Positions 1 through 12,450 of a stretch of DNA of 64,000 bases are shown here, in pieces; position 1 is the stretch's first letter; each line of letters opens with the position of its first letter. The stretch is taken from positions 1,167,788-1,231,787 of the forward strand of contig NMRA01000027.1 of assembly GCA_002633005.1 (NCBI GenBank). The letters run 5' to 3'. A program made the translations under genes and the position numbers. The notes under the pieces are model-generated. The model searched no databases. It had not been told where the DNA came from and was given only the letters and a program-made list of their open reading frames with translations. The DNA is from Phoronis australis. Its lineage: Eukaryota > Animalia > Phoronida.

Positions 1-3000
1 GAGTCTACCAACCATGATGGTAGTTCCTTACCTTTTGATGCTGTAGATAGTGTAGAAGAATCGAAGAAAGAAGAACAATGTCTAGAAGCACCTGGATATT
101 ATAATGTGCCAACCGAAAACGAACACATCAAACAGCCAATTGACAAAAACTTGTTGCCTGTATTGGGATTGAGAGGTCAAAGGTCGGGGTCATCCTCATC
201 AATTCAGTCTGATGACAGTTCAATAGAAAGTCACACTGTGGCCGTGAAGAAGCAGTTATGGGAACCTAAAGGCCCTGACGGTGGAGTGGAGGCTGTGAAC
301 AAAGTGCAATCAAAGATCAGGGTTCCCAAGAAGGAGGATGAAGAAAAGCCACTGCATGTCAAATTACGCAGAAGTCCGTCTCTCGATGAGGTCAAGCAGT
401 CTTCCGTCAGGGATAGGAAAAATCTGTGGGAGACTATGTCAAAAGATCAAAAACCAACAGATGACAAGCCAAGTAAGATTGACAACGTACCCATTGTTGA
501 ATCATCTAAGTCTCCTAGTGAAAGTCTATCACCGAGTCGGGATGCTGTTTTACCAATATCAGACCGCATCAACACATTTGAAAAAGTAGCTGATGGTGTG
601 AGAGCTATATCAACACCTGGCCTGTCTAAGTCTGTGGATGATGAATCTGAGCCTGTGGATGACGAGATACACCTAAGTGAAGACAATCAACCTGTCATAA
701 GGGAGCATGTACAGCCAACTTTAAGTAGTTCACAGGAAATGCCTGTGACATACAAACCTAGTGTGTCTAACACAAAGGAGGTGTTAGACAAAGGTGAAGG
801 AAGCAAGCTAACTGGCTCAATTGCAAACAGGAAAGCATTATGGGAACCGGGCTATTCGAAATCATTCGATGCTCCATCTTCATGTAATCGACGTGCTAAG
901 TCACTATCGCCTGTCCTTGAAATTCCAACCAAGTCAGTGAAAAGTGTTCGCGAACTGTGGAAGGAGAAAGATCAACCCTCTCCTGCCAAAAAGGTTGTTA
1001 AAGTTCCCCAAGTCCCTACAAACACTCAAAGTAAGCCGACCAAGCAACGCTTCGATGAAGGTGCCAACACGAGTCTACCCAATGACATGTCTCCCGCTAC
1101 GCCGGTGCTAACATTTTCTTATGATAAGAAGATTTTCCGAACTCAGGAAGTTACAGAATACTGTATGCTGGAAAATGACTTCCTTTATCCAGAAGAACCC
1201 AACAAGATTAAGGAATACGTCCGCTTCAAGGATCGCACGGATGCCTGGAAGGAGCATGAGGATGACCCATTGCTGATGCCTTCAGATGAGCTGACTAAGG
1301 ATGAGTCCCAATGGTGGTACAGACCTGGGAGGTTCGAGCCTGCAGATTTAGCAGAATCCAGCCCAAGCTTCGCATCCATCCGACGACCAAAGCTGGAAGA
1401 CGTATCAGACCCATCAGTGGCATCTAAAGTCACAAACGTTGGTAGCGAGAATCTAGTCATTCCAACTGAAACTGATGGGATGGTCTCAAGAAGTAAATCT
1501 CCGGTAAGTCTAAAGCAGTCTGGTATGGCAGCTTTACTGGGGGTTGATGTCCCTGAGCCTGGTGTGGAGGAAGAACAGATTCAACCTGCAAAGAAAGTAG
1601 ATGTAGAGTTGCCAACCACAATTAAAGGGGAGAAGTTTGAAGCAGTTCCAAGGAAGGCATCAGAAGAAGCCACTGATGTCCGGCAGCTGTTGCATGAATT
1701 GCAACTTCAACACGAGAATGTGTGGGACACTGGTGCTTTACCAAAACGTGGGTGTGATGAGGAACAAGACCATGAAGTTGATGAGGAAATAATCACTGTG
1801 AGCAACTTGTCTCGTACACAACAGGAGATCAACTTGGATAACTTGAAGAACACATCTCTTCAGTACAGAGATGGAGAAGATGGTTCAGTAGACCTGGAGA
1901 AGATAAAGCAGAACTTGTTACGGCAGTCAAAGTTTCCTATTAAGTCTTCATCCATGGAAGGCACTCTTGTGGACACAAATGCAATAAAGAAAGACTTGCT
2001 CACCAGACGGAATTCTGAGGTGATGCGAAAACTGGACGATTTCCCTGTAACTGAGTATCCGCAGAAAGTCGGCATAATTAAGGATGTGTTTGGAAAGGAT
2101 GAGAAAAATATCGAGTCATTTATGCCAGGGAGATATGCTAACCTGGAGAAAAAATCACCTGGTGAATCTGTGTCAAATCCAACACATGTGTACAAAGGTG
2201 TCCTCAAAAAGAACCGTGCCAACATTGTAGACGATCTGACAGAGTTGGAAGATCTTTTCGACAGTCTGGACTTGGACAATGAACGTATAATGGAAGGTGC
2301 TGCACGTCGAGACTATCCACCATTGACTTATAAATATTGCAATGTGGACTCATCTGCTGAGAATGAAACTGAGGAGGAAGGCAGTGCCAATGATGTATAC
2401 TTGAAAAGCCCAGCAAGCAACTACAGAGAAGGATCGTTTGACTCCTTGAGCAGTGAGATCAGGCGTTCGTCTGGTGCCAGCAGACCTTCTGCATTTCCTG
2501 ACAAACTTTTGGATGACATGTCGTTTCGAAGTCGACACATGTCTTCAGGCTGTGATACAACTCGTCCCAAGAACTTGATTACACCTGATACATTCTTGTC
2601 CAAATCCCCTGCTATGTCACCTTCAATGTCCTCTGACAGTCTTGGTAAACGCACACCATCCAAGTCACGTGAACCAGATGCTTTCTGGGATGACATGCAC
2701 TTCAGGCAAATCCGACGCTTACAATCGTCACCTGGTACTGATCACCTCACCTCCCCAGTGCCACATTCACCAACATCGGCGGAGTATCTGAGAGAACGCC
2801 AGATACCACGTGATCGACTGATGATGCGCATCCGTCCCGAAAAACACAGTGATAAATTTATTGACGATATGGCCTATAGGCGGTTACGGAAAGATGTCCC
2901 ACCTATCAAACCAGTTATACCAGATAAAATCTATCAGAAGTTGAGCGAGCGGAATAGACGTGGCAACGGCAAGCAGGATAGATTACGTCGTGCGAAATCG

Positions 3001-4012
3001 GAACCAGCAGAAGAACGAAAGTCAAACACAAATCCCGTACCATCAACAGAAAAGGTAGTAAAAAGGACTACTGAAGACATTCAGTGTGAGCCTGTGAGCC
3101 AACATGGTGATCCACGTGAGAGACCAACTCAGCCAGTGGTAACCCCTCGTAAGAACTTGGCAAAAGGTGTAGGTATCATGATTGAGCTTTACAACAGTCC
3201 TGATAAATCAAAGAGTTTGCCTGACCTTAATGATGATTCACTATTTAGTTTACACCTGAATGTTTACGGCGGAGATCCATCCAACCCTCATCAACCATCT
3301 TTACCAGGTAGTGCTCAGTCGCAATTGTCACCAAAACTGAAGACACCTCGAGCTGTGAAACAAAATCATGAGCTCCGGAGCAGACGGCAGTTAAAAAATG
3401 AATATCCTCGTTACGAAGATTATGAGAAAAGTCTTAAGGAGATCCCTTCTGCCAGAGTTGCACCCATGCAGCTGTCACAGACTGCACAGTATCATGATCA
3501 ATTGTTCCCTGACAGCTCTGACGAGATGGACTTCCGAAAAACTCCTGCCAAACCTCCAAGAACTCACACTTATAAAGCCCCTCAGGCACCTGATAATGCA
3601 AGGCATGTGAAGGGGTCCCATGATATGAGTAATTACAATGGTTACGAACCCCAGGATTATGGCTATCCTCAGTATGTCCAGCATGGACACCAGTATGTTC
3701 AAGATGGCCACCAGTATAACCAATATGGCCACCAGTATAATCAACATGGCCGTCATCCCAATCAAATTGCTTACCAACCGTCTGCCAGTGACTATCCTCA
3801 AATTCGCTCACATGATGGTTATGGTTGCCCTAACCAACCATCAGAAGAGGAAGAGCCAGACTATGCCAACATTTGGAAAGGGGTGCCCGATGACCAGCAC
3901 CAGTTTCGAGGCTACGAGCAGCATGCAGCACCGCAGGGGCCGGTCTACGCCACTCCTGCCAGGACATATTCTGAAGGCTACGATGTGAACTACAACCAAA
4001 AATTGTTGCAAG
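1..4012 (+). CDS. Giant coding exon (5' end outside window), disordered Ser/Pro/Glu/Lys-rich; probably an N-terminal extension exon of the supervillin-like gene
   Basis: Frame 1 is open from base 1 (the track's 106 start is a GTG) to 4050. Strong donor CAAG|GTAAGC after 4012, phase 1, compatible with the phase-1 acceptor at 44312. Coding status is secure; linkage to the downstream exons is inferred. Confidence 0.85.
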
Positions 4013-4854
4013 GTAAGCTTGAGTCAATTTTCACTAGTCTTGTAAATTAGAAGGAAATAAGCTACTGTTGCACAGACAATGTTTGGGTGTGCGGGAAGGC
4101 TACTGCTGCACAGACAGTGTTTGTGTCCTGGGGGATATTAAAGGTGATGAATAATGGTTTTAAGTACAACACAGATTGTAAAATGATTAATACGCCTCTC
4201 AACTGTGATTTTAGTGCATTTCTGATGATGATAAGCCCAGTATATGAGAGAGTTTGAATGGTGAAACAGCTCATATGTTTCAACAACCCAGTTGTAAATG
4301 CTGCTCCCTGTTTCCTGTCTTTAGTTGGACTTAAAGCATTTTGGTTAGATTAGTTTATAACTGTTTGAAACTGGCCATGACAATTTCCTGCTTTCAATTC
4401 AGAAACTTATTCGAAGGTAAATTACTCCACTCAGAATTTTGATATATTGCACTATGTCGTTGGATTGTTTTTTGTTTTTTTTTTTACTATTTTGACAGTG
4501 TTTGCATGCATTATTTTCCGTATTTGTTTTTATGCCTTACTTTTGAAATCAAGTTATAATAATAGGACTCATAGTTTAGTGTTTGGTCAGCCAATGACCA
4601 CTACCCAAAATCACCACTCTTCATTCCTGGATGTTGAAAATCGTCTTCAACGACTTATATGTACGGCCACTTACATACTCCCGAGCCAAGTTAGACACTT
4701 TAAGAACATTTTATCATATCTCATTCAGCTTTCTAATGATTTATGTTTGAATTGCAACTAATTATGCAATATGTCAACTTTAGTTCCTATTAGAATGACA
4801 AATGATACACTTGTCTTAATGTAAAGTCATGATTAGAATGACAGCAGTGTACAG

Positions 4855-4925
4855 TTGTGGGACATGTGTGTCAGGGATGTGCAGCATTGTGGAACATGTG
4901 TGTTAGGGATGTGCAGCATTGTGGG
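4855..4925. repeat. 32-bp tandem repeat (about 2.2 copies)
   Basis: ttgtgg(g/a)acatgtgtgt(c/t)agggatgtgcagca starting at 4855, 4887 and partially 4919. Confidence 0.85.
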
Positions 4926-5686
4926 TAAATCCTGCAGGATCAGAGAGGGCGCTGCAGTATTGTGGGACATGTCTATAGGATGCTGCTCATGAATGTTGAT
5001 GCTCTTAATGGGTGTTGCATCCTGTGTTTTTTATGTATTAGTATCATGTTGTCAGATATTATGTCAGTGCACATTATTCAGTCGTACTATTGACCTGTTT
5101 TTGGATACTTTTACACAATGAGTAGATCAGTGGGAAACCAGTCTCATATTAGACAGTGTTCCTATATTTCAAGTTTCTAGATGTCGAGAAAAAAGAGTAT
5201 CCCTCAAATCTCTTCTCTGAGGAACACATGCAACACATTCTGTTTATCAATAAAAAGGTCTCTTCCCATCATCTCATCACTCCCCAGTTTAATTAACACC
5301 TTCTCTTGTGGCTGCATTATCTTGATATTTCACTCTACCCGAATATATTTTGTAAACAAACCCCATCCCTACAGCTTATGCAAGCCAGAGAAACATTTCA
5401 GTGGTCAGACAATCCTATGCTCTGGTCCGGATCTTTTACTCCAAAGGTCTAGACCAGAGCTCAGGTACTGCTGTGACCTGTTGCTGATTGGCCAGTACGT
5501 GTCCAGCTACTGAGATGTTTCAATCCCTTGGTTTGCTTCTATTTGGGCATGTGCATGGTACCTTGACTCATCAAGTTGCTAATTCACCAGTTGTACTTTC
5601 TTGACACGGATGCTTTCACTCAATGTTGGTTTCTTTAGAATGCCCGTCTGTTGCCAAGACTAATCACGTTTATCTTGACTTTTCAG

Positions 5687-5700
5687 GATATGGTCATTAG
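5687..5700 (+). CDS. Candidate micro terminal exon (G-Y-G-H-stop) for a short isoform
   Basis: Acceptor ttgacttttcag|GATATGGTCATTAG. Joined to the phase-1 donor at 4012 it reads GGA TAT GGT CAT TAG. AATAAA occurs downstream (about 6943, 6980, 7209, 7829). Confidence 0.25.
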
Positions 5701-6156
5701 ATGGCGCATGTTCACCTCTTAGCTACTGTCTCTTAGCAACAGCTTTCCCTAACTACCAGTGGTTTCCTGCTCTACAGTAAGGCTGTCGGAACACGCGGAC
5801 CTCGTGAATTTCGAACGTGATGTAATTAAGTTAGCAACAGTGGTTGCAGATTGTAAAATGGCACTGGAACACACGGAAGCCTTTTCCTTCAGCTAAAATG
5901 GCACCGTATTATGAGCAGATCTCCTTTTCATTTCCGAATGATTGACGGTCAAGGCAGGTGTGTTCCGATGGTCGCGACCGTTATTTACTACTAGTTCTGT
6001 AGAAAAGATGGTTTGATTTGAGTGACTCAACAAGTACGTTTCACTAAGGAGGTGCATTTATGACTGAATATGACCAAACCATGCTTCCAGGTCTGCGTAG
6101 ATGACAATGGAAGGCCTTCAAAGCAACAGCAAGTGTGGGAAAAAGTATCACGTAAA

Positions 6157-6511
6157 GGTTATGTAGGACCCAAGGAAAATGTCCAAATTTAGCTATTTTT
6201 GGAACATGGTATCTCAGAAATGGCTGACCGTATTGATATGACACTTTCAGATTCTGTGCTTTGTCCACTGTTCTGCAAAATGGAGTTAGAATTTGGTGTT
6301 TAAAATGTTCCTCTGTTACACGAGGGGCAATCAAAAGTAGGATTGTTATGATTTTCATAAACAGAATCAAAATTTGCACAAAACGATAAATAGTCAAGAA
6401 TCAAATTCTAAAGGCTTGTACTTTCAGAAAATATACTTTTACTAAGTTGAAATTTACGGTTTTGTAGAAGCTTGGCTAAATACATACTTGTCAATTGGGT
6501 CCTACATAACA
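6157..6511. mobile_element. MITE with 14-bp perfect terminal inverted repeats (Kolobok-like non-autonomous family)
   Basis: GTTATGTAGGACCC (6158-6171) and GGGTCCTACATAAC (6497-6510) are exact reverse complements. The subterminal sequence recurs at about 36850, 49560, 51360, 60060 and 61415. Confidence 0.7.
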
Positions 6512-6911
6512 AACCATTATAAGTTTTTCCTGCACCTGTGGAGTAGGAGTACCTTCTCTTCTCCTTGAGGTGGCAGTAGTTATTGTTCCAATGTTACCAA
6601 AGTTGCTTTGGAAATCTCATTAAAGGCAAATGCTTGTGTTCTGTACCTAGTACAAATTACCAATGAATGCCCATTCCAGGTAAAGGTTTGGTTTTCTAAA
6701 GCCTCCACGACAACTATTATTATAGTAATTCTTCACTTATTTCACACAAAAATAACTGTAAAATTTGTCATTTTTGTGTTTTTCAAAGTCTGTTTACTTT
6801 CCTGTAAGTAATGGAAAATTTACCAAATGTGGTTTATGACGTCTGCACACTACAACCCATCCTTGTATTCTTTATTTTGTGGAGAAATTTGACAAAAAAT
6901 TCACTTGTCAT

Positions 6912-6938
6912 TATATATATATATATATATATATATAT
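6912..6938. repeat. (TA)n microsatellite
   Basis: Direct reading. Confidence 0.95.
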
Positions 6939-8899
6939 GCTAAATAAATGAAGAACTGCCACAGCTAATGTCAAATCAGAATAAATCAAGTTAGCAGTGA
7001 GACATTGAAATGTGAATTCCAACCTTTCACTTTAAGACGGCTGACCTAACAGGACTAAAGATAACCTTGTCACTGACTTAAGATTTTTTCTACAAATTAC
7101 CAGCCAGCGAGGGGTCGCTAAAACAGACCTGTCCATTGATGTGTTACATTTAACTACTGACAGATCTGGACTCCTCAGACATAAATGCATGACTCCTTAG
7201 TGTGTCCTAATAAAACAAGGCATTGTGCTGCATATGACAGTTTGGTTAGTGAGACCACAGTGTTCAATCAATGCATTGGAATATGTGAGCTTTCAAGCAG
7301 TGTGAAGTTTGTTATAAGTAATGTCTAACTTCTCCATTGTCTTTGCTTGTGTCTGATGGAGACATGTTTTGCTTTTTTTGATTACGGAATTGATGGTTTG
7401 ATCAATTCTAATTGTGTCGTGTTTGTGTCAAAGGTGCTTACAAATCATGTACATCTATTATTTTGTAATTGTGAAATTACCAGGTGCTGGGTTTAAAAAC
7501 TGTACATACAAAAATCTCACCTATTTATAAACAGATTGTATTTCCCACCCCTGACTTATGTTTTAGACACAGAGTATAGTTTTTTAGTATTTATCACAGA
7601 TGTTTTAGTATGTTTTAGTCATTTGTGTAACTGTCATCAAAGTTGAACAATTTCCAACAAACAGTTCAATCTACAAATCTTAGCTCCACAGTTCTGTAAC
7701 TATCAACTGGACTGATGTGCACGCATTTCTAGGAATGCCCAATAGGTGTAGCTACTAGCTTTACCTTTTCTTGACCCCATTACCACCACCAGCCTGTCCA
7801 CCCCATTTGTCCTATCCAGTTTAAGTCAAATAAACTTTACTTATTCCAGTCACTAGAAAATCACCTCAGTAGTGCCTGTTCCTCAATATCATATCTTTAA
7901 ATTTCTTTAGTTTATAGTAATTGGCTTTCAGACCTCAGTTATCAAATTTCTTCTGTAGCATTTAAATGTTGATTGTTAACCCATAAAACTATTTTTTAAT
8001 CCTTGGGGGTTACATAATCTTATGATGTGTACAAAGTAATGCCTAGGTGTTTACTGTGACTGCACTTTTTCTAAAAATCTTGATTTTGAGTGGTTTCCAT
8101 TATTTCCATTAATGTTTTTTTCACTTGAAACTTTCTAATGCAGCTTTTTATTCACTTATGTAGCTGTGAAAGCATGTATGGGACTTTTGTTAAGGCTTTT
8201 CACCTGAGAACTTGGTGGAAAAAATGAAACTGTCAACATTCCCAGAAATAATGAAATCTTGATTTTTGACAGCTGAACTCTGACGAAAATGGAAGCTAGT
8301 AGCATAAAAACAACATTGTCAATTTTTGTGGAAAACTGTGACTGGGTGTTGATTTCATGCACATCCTATGATTATGTGATCATCAATAGATATAAAAATA
8401 TAGTTTTATGGGTCTAGTATCAATACTTAATTAATTATTTAAGAAATGTGATCCTTGGAAATGAACATATTTGGCCTACAAACTCATCCAGAGGAGTTGT
8501 CAGAAAAAAGTGAAAATTATTACTTTCGTTATTTTATTCCCGAGCATTGGTTGTAAGTGTGAGCCTTTAGTTGAAATGGAGAACTGAGAACATGTTGACA
8601 GTGTTGTCTGACAAATATCATGTATATTGTTTTTCTTGTATTTAAATGTATAAATACACTGAGTATATTTGAGAGAAGTTTACTTGGCGGTATGTTACGC
8701 TTTTTAAGTGTAAAAATTGGGTTTTCTCCGAAATGATCAGTATTTTAGATGTTATTCGAAAATTTATGTAACTTAAACAGTTTGTATTTCCACCTCTAAT
8801 ATTAAATTTTTCTGTGACTTAGTTTTCCGTATTTCCATCCTCTTACGAGAGTAAAGGCATTGGCTGTTAATGGATGTCTTCATTTCATCACTGTTTCAA

Positions 8900-11800
8900 A
8901 TTGCATGAGACCTTGAGGCATGGTGCATGTTCAGCTTAAAATTTCTTAGCAGGAATGTATCTAAACTCAAAATTGCTGCTTTACCACGAGGGCAGCCAAT
9001 CATGAGAAATGTCCCTTGTTGTTGCTGTTGAACATTATGATACATTGGTAATAGGACAGTTGAGCCTTTAAGTACTGAAAAACCATGCCATGCGGTGTCC
9101 AATATTAGATACTGGATTTGCAACCATAGTAATGAAAGGGGCAATAAAATCCCATCGTCTGTCAAAAAATCCAACTTTCGATGAAGGCTACTTGCCCACT
9201 GGCTGCTAAAAAAATCTTGTCTATAGAAATGATTTCCAGGCTTAGTGAAATGTGACGACGGGTTCGTTTCAGTCGCCACACAGTATGGCCGACGCAGAAA
9301 TTTCGGGCGATTTATTGCAGTCAAGGACTTCCACAACATGGACAACATGTTGTTAACCAATTTAAATTCGAGCGAAGGATCAGAACGCATTGACGGAGCT
9401 TTGGACAGTCAAAACCCCTGTGAAGAAGGTTGGTGTTTGTAACACCAGAACACATTTTCAGAGAATGAGAGTACGCCTACACATAAATTCGTCAATTGAA
9501 AAAGTTCAGTGTTGACATCTATCGACGGTGCCAGTTAGTCCCGCCAATCGCTGAATCTCATGCACTACAAATTTTGATGTCATACAGCAAGATCGTTTAT
9601 GTCTGGAGCGTTTTACATTGCAAATTATCTGGCGATGTGTATGCAGCACCATTAGCTTGTTGTTACCTGCTAATTTCCCATTAAATTTAGTTTCAGCGTT
9701 CACCAATTCCCGCGAACCCCGGTCTTTGTGAATCGGTAGTATTTAAAGATCCCTATGCAACCATAGGCAGGGGTTCCCTCAGCAAAACCTAGACATCTAA
9801 TAGAAACTACGGGAAAACGTGAGAACGGGGCATAGCTAGCCGTGGTGACTTATAGTCCTGCTCCTTCAGTTCAGTCGGGCAAATGTCATTCGCCCTCCAC
9901 CCCTTCCCCCTCCCAAAAAAGAAACAGGTGCGCTGAAGCATACAAGGCAATTTTTGAAAACCATTGTCCTGTTTCTGTGTGTGAATCACTCTTCCGCTTC
10001 TCAAATAAGGCTAGTTAGGTTATTCCTCATAACACGTAGTAAGACCGGGGGCCGAATAGAATCCAATCATTGCTTCATCAGAAAGAGTCACCTCCGCGAA
10101 TTTTGAAAGTTGTGATTTCTGCTCTAACCCAATCGGCGCTGTCATGGGACGTGAAACTGTGACGGTCTGAATTCGCAATTAAAATTGTACCAAGGAAAAG
10201 TTCCTCGTTAGCGTTTTTTTGCCGGCACTCGGCTTCATATAGAAGCAGTAAGAACAACGCCAAAGATAGAAGTCAGTTATATTACGTTATAACAATCTCA
10301 TAGTAACCTTGGTTTTTTGTACATTTGACACACGCGTTCTAAAGATATTTGTGGTGTTGCTTCAAGACCTCCTTCAGTCAAGATTCAATGATGTAGACGA
10401 CCCCTGTAGTCGAGCTGACTACTCCGCTGAATGTTTTGTCTGCAACCTGAAACGTCAGCAGATGTGAGCTTTACTTCAAGTACCGGTAATTAATTTCCCA
10501 TACGACGACTTGGTTCAAAGAAACTCGCTTGCACACCTTAATGGCATTCGAGAATAGTTACGGCTTTTTCCGAATCTCCATGAAAACAGATTTACTGGTA
10601 GGAATATCAAAACCTCACACGTTCTCAGCAATGGACTAAATCATGAAGCCTGCTGGTGTTTTTCGGTTGTGAAGACAGAATACGACAATGAACGGTTTCT
10701 TGTCAGGTGAGTGTTGTCTGTTGGTACTGAGAGGCGTGCACCCAATGGTTTTCGTGTTGGTAAACGGATTTTTATGGCGAATGTTCAGTCAACATCTTTG
10801 CATTTTATGGTTCTCAGGCGTAAGGTTTTATCTTAGATTGGAAGTGCTCTGGACGTTTGCCATTAGCCAGNTCATACGTCCTCCACCCCTTCCCCCTCCC
10901 AAAAAAGAAACAGGTGCGCTGAAGCATACAAGGCGATTTTTGAAAACCATTGTCCTGTTTCTGTGTGTGAATCACTCTTCCGCTTCTCAAATAAGGCTAG
11001 TTAGGTTATTCCTCATAACACGTAGTATGAAGACCTGGGGCCGAATAGAATCCAATCATTGCTTCATCAGAAAGAGTCACCTCCGCGAATTTTGAAAGTT
11101 GTGATTTCTGCTCTAACCCAATCGGCGCTGTGGGACGTGAAACTGTGACGGTCTGAATTCGCAATTAAAATTTTACCAAGGAAAAGTTCCTCGTTAGCGT
11201 TTTTTTGCCGGCACTCGGCTTCATATAGAAGCAGTAAGAACAACGCCAAAGATAGAAGTCAGATGTATTACGTTATAACAATCTCATAGTAACCTTGGTT
11301 TTTTGTACATTTGACACACGCGTTCTAAAGATGTTTGTGGTGTTGCTTCAAGACCTCCTTCAGTCAAGATTCAATGATGTAGACGACCCCTGTAGTCGAG
11401 CTGACTACTCCGCTGAATGTTTTGTCTGCAACCTGAAACGTCAGCAGATGTGAGTTTTACTTCAAGTACCGGTAATTAATTTCCCATACGACGACTTGGT
11501 TCAAAGAAACTCGCTTGCACACCTTAATGGCATTCGAGAACAGTTACGGCTTTTTCCGAATCTCCATGAAAACAGATTTACTGGTAGGAATATCAAAACC
11601 TCACACGTTCTCAGCAATGGACTAAATCATGAAGCCTGCTGGTGTTTTTCGGTTGTGAAGACAGAATACGACAATGAACGGTTTCTTGTCAGGTGAGTGT
11701 TGTCTGTTGGTACTGAGAGGCGTGCACCCAATGGTTTTCGTGTTGGTAAACGGATTTTTATGGCGAATGTTCAGTCAACATCTTTGCATTTTATGGTTCT

Positions 11801-12450
11801 CAGGCGTAAGGTTTTATCTTAGATTGGAAGTGCTCTGGACGTTTGCCATTAGCCAGCCAAAGCTAAATATGTCAACAAGTTTTGAGATGTTGGATCTTTC
11901 TGTCAATTTATATTCTTGACACATAGCCTGTCACACTGTAAATGGAAAAACAGTTTAATCAAATCGTTTCAGTTTCTTGAATACTTCGAGCAGTAGGAAA
12001 TTAAAAATTCTAAATGTTTGTATGAGATATGGATCTTTGCCATCTGCCTTTCAAATGACTCAATTCCCCGTCCATTTTCCCATGCAAACCGATTGAGCTT
12101 TTGCCCAGCAATCAGGTATTAGAGACGTCATTGCAGCCTAAGTTTCGACCTTGACGCTGTAAGACAGCTGAGCTTTCTACCTTTCTACCAGATAGGCGTT
12201 CCGTAAATCCAATGCACTTGCCACCACATTCTATCCCGCAATTCAACAGTTCTACTCCAACCGCCATTTTGCTAGGTATACTCGTAAGGTCTCGAGCATT
12301 TTCTTGCGCAACCGTCGCCTTTCACTCCTGTCATTTGCATGGTCTTGCGTGATCTTGCTTTTTCGAGTTTCGCGTCTACGAACGCCTGATTCATTTTCCA
12401 GTAAAGGGGTTGGAGACAGTTTGCCAAACAGCCTCAAAGCAGTCCGTGTT
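8900..12450 (-). mobile_element. Highly decayed L1/Tx1-like LINE ORF2 relic
   Basis: Minus-strand peptide remnants in RT order: VFCLHNRKTPAG (cf. KAPGPDG), DWVRAEITT, LTSLI*EAEE, KIALYASAHLFL (cf. KISLYADDxxLFL), GFAEGTLPM (cf. GFxEGxLPxxYLG). Many stops and frameshifts; boundaries approximate. Confidence 0.5.
9886..11856. repeat. 985-bp near-identical direct duplication split by a single N (10871); probable uncollapsed haplotype overlap
   Basis: 9886-10870 is nearly identical to 10872-11856, with a few SNPs and 3-bp indels. The junction is exactly the N. Confidence 0.9.

Noticed and set aside
106-4050. Single-exon 1314-aa gene starting at 106
   Set aside because: Position 106 is GTG and the frame is open to the window edge. 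A consensus donor at 4012/4013 precedes the stop, so this is an exon of a larger gene.
7740-7960. Possible LINE endonuclease remnant on the minus strand (ITEV, LDRT...GGG)
   Set aside because: Too short and degenerate to support without a search.
10078-11919. Paired near-identical small ORFs as duplicated genes (also 31374/33195 and 32498/34328)
   Set aside because: They arise from the N-joined duplications, mostly have non-ATG starts, and lie within decayed repeat sequence.
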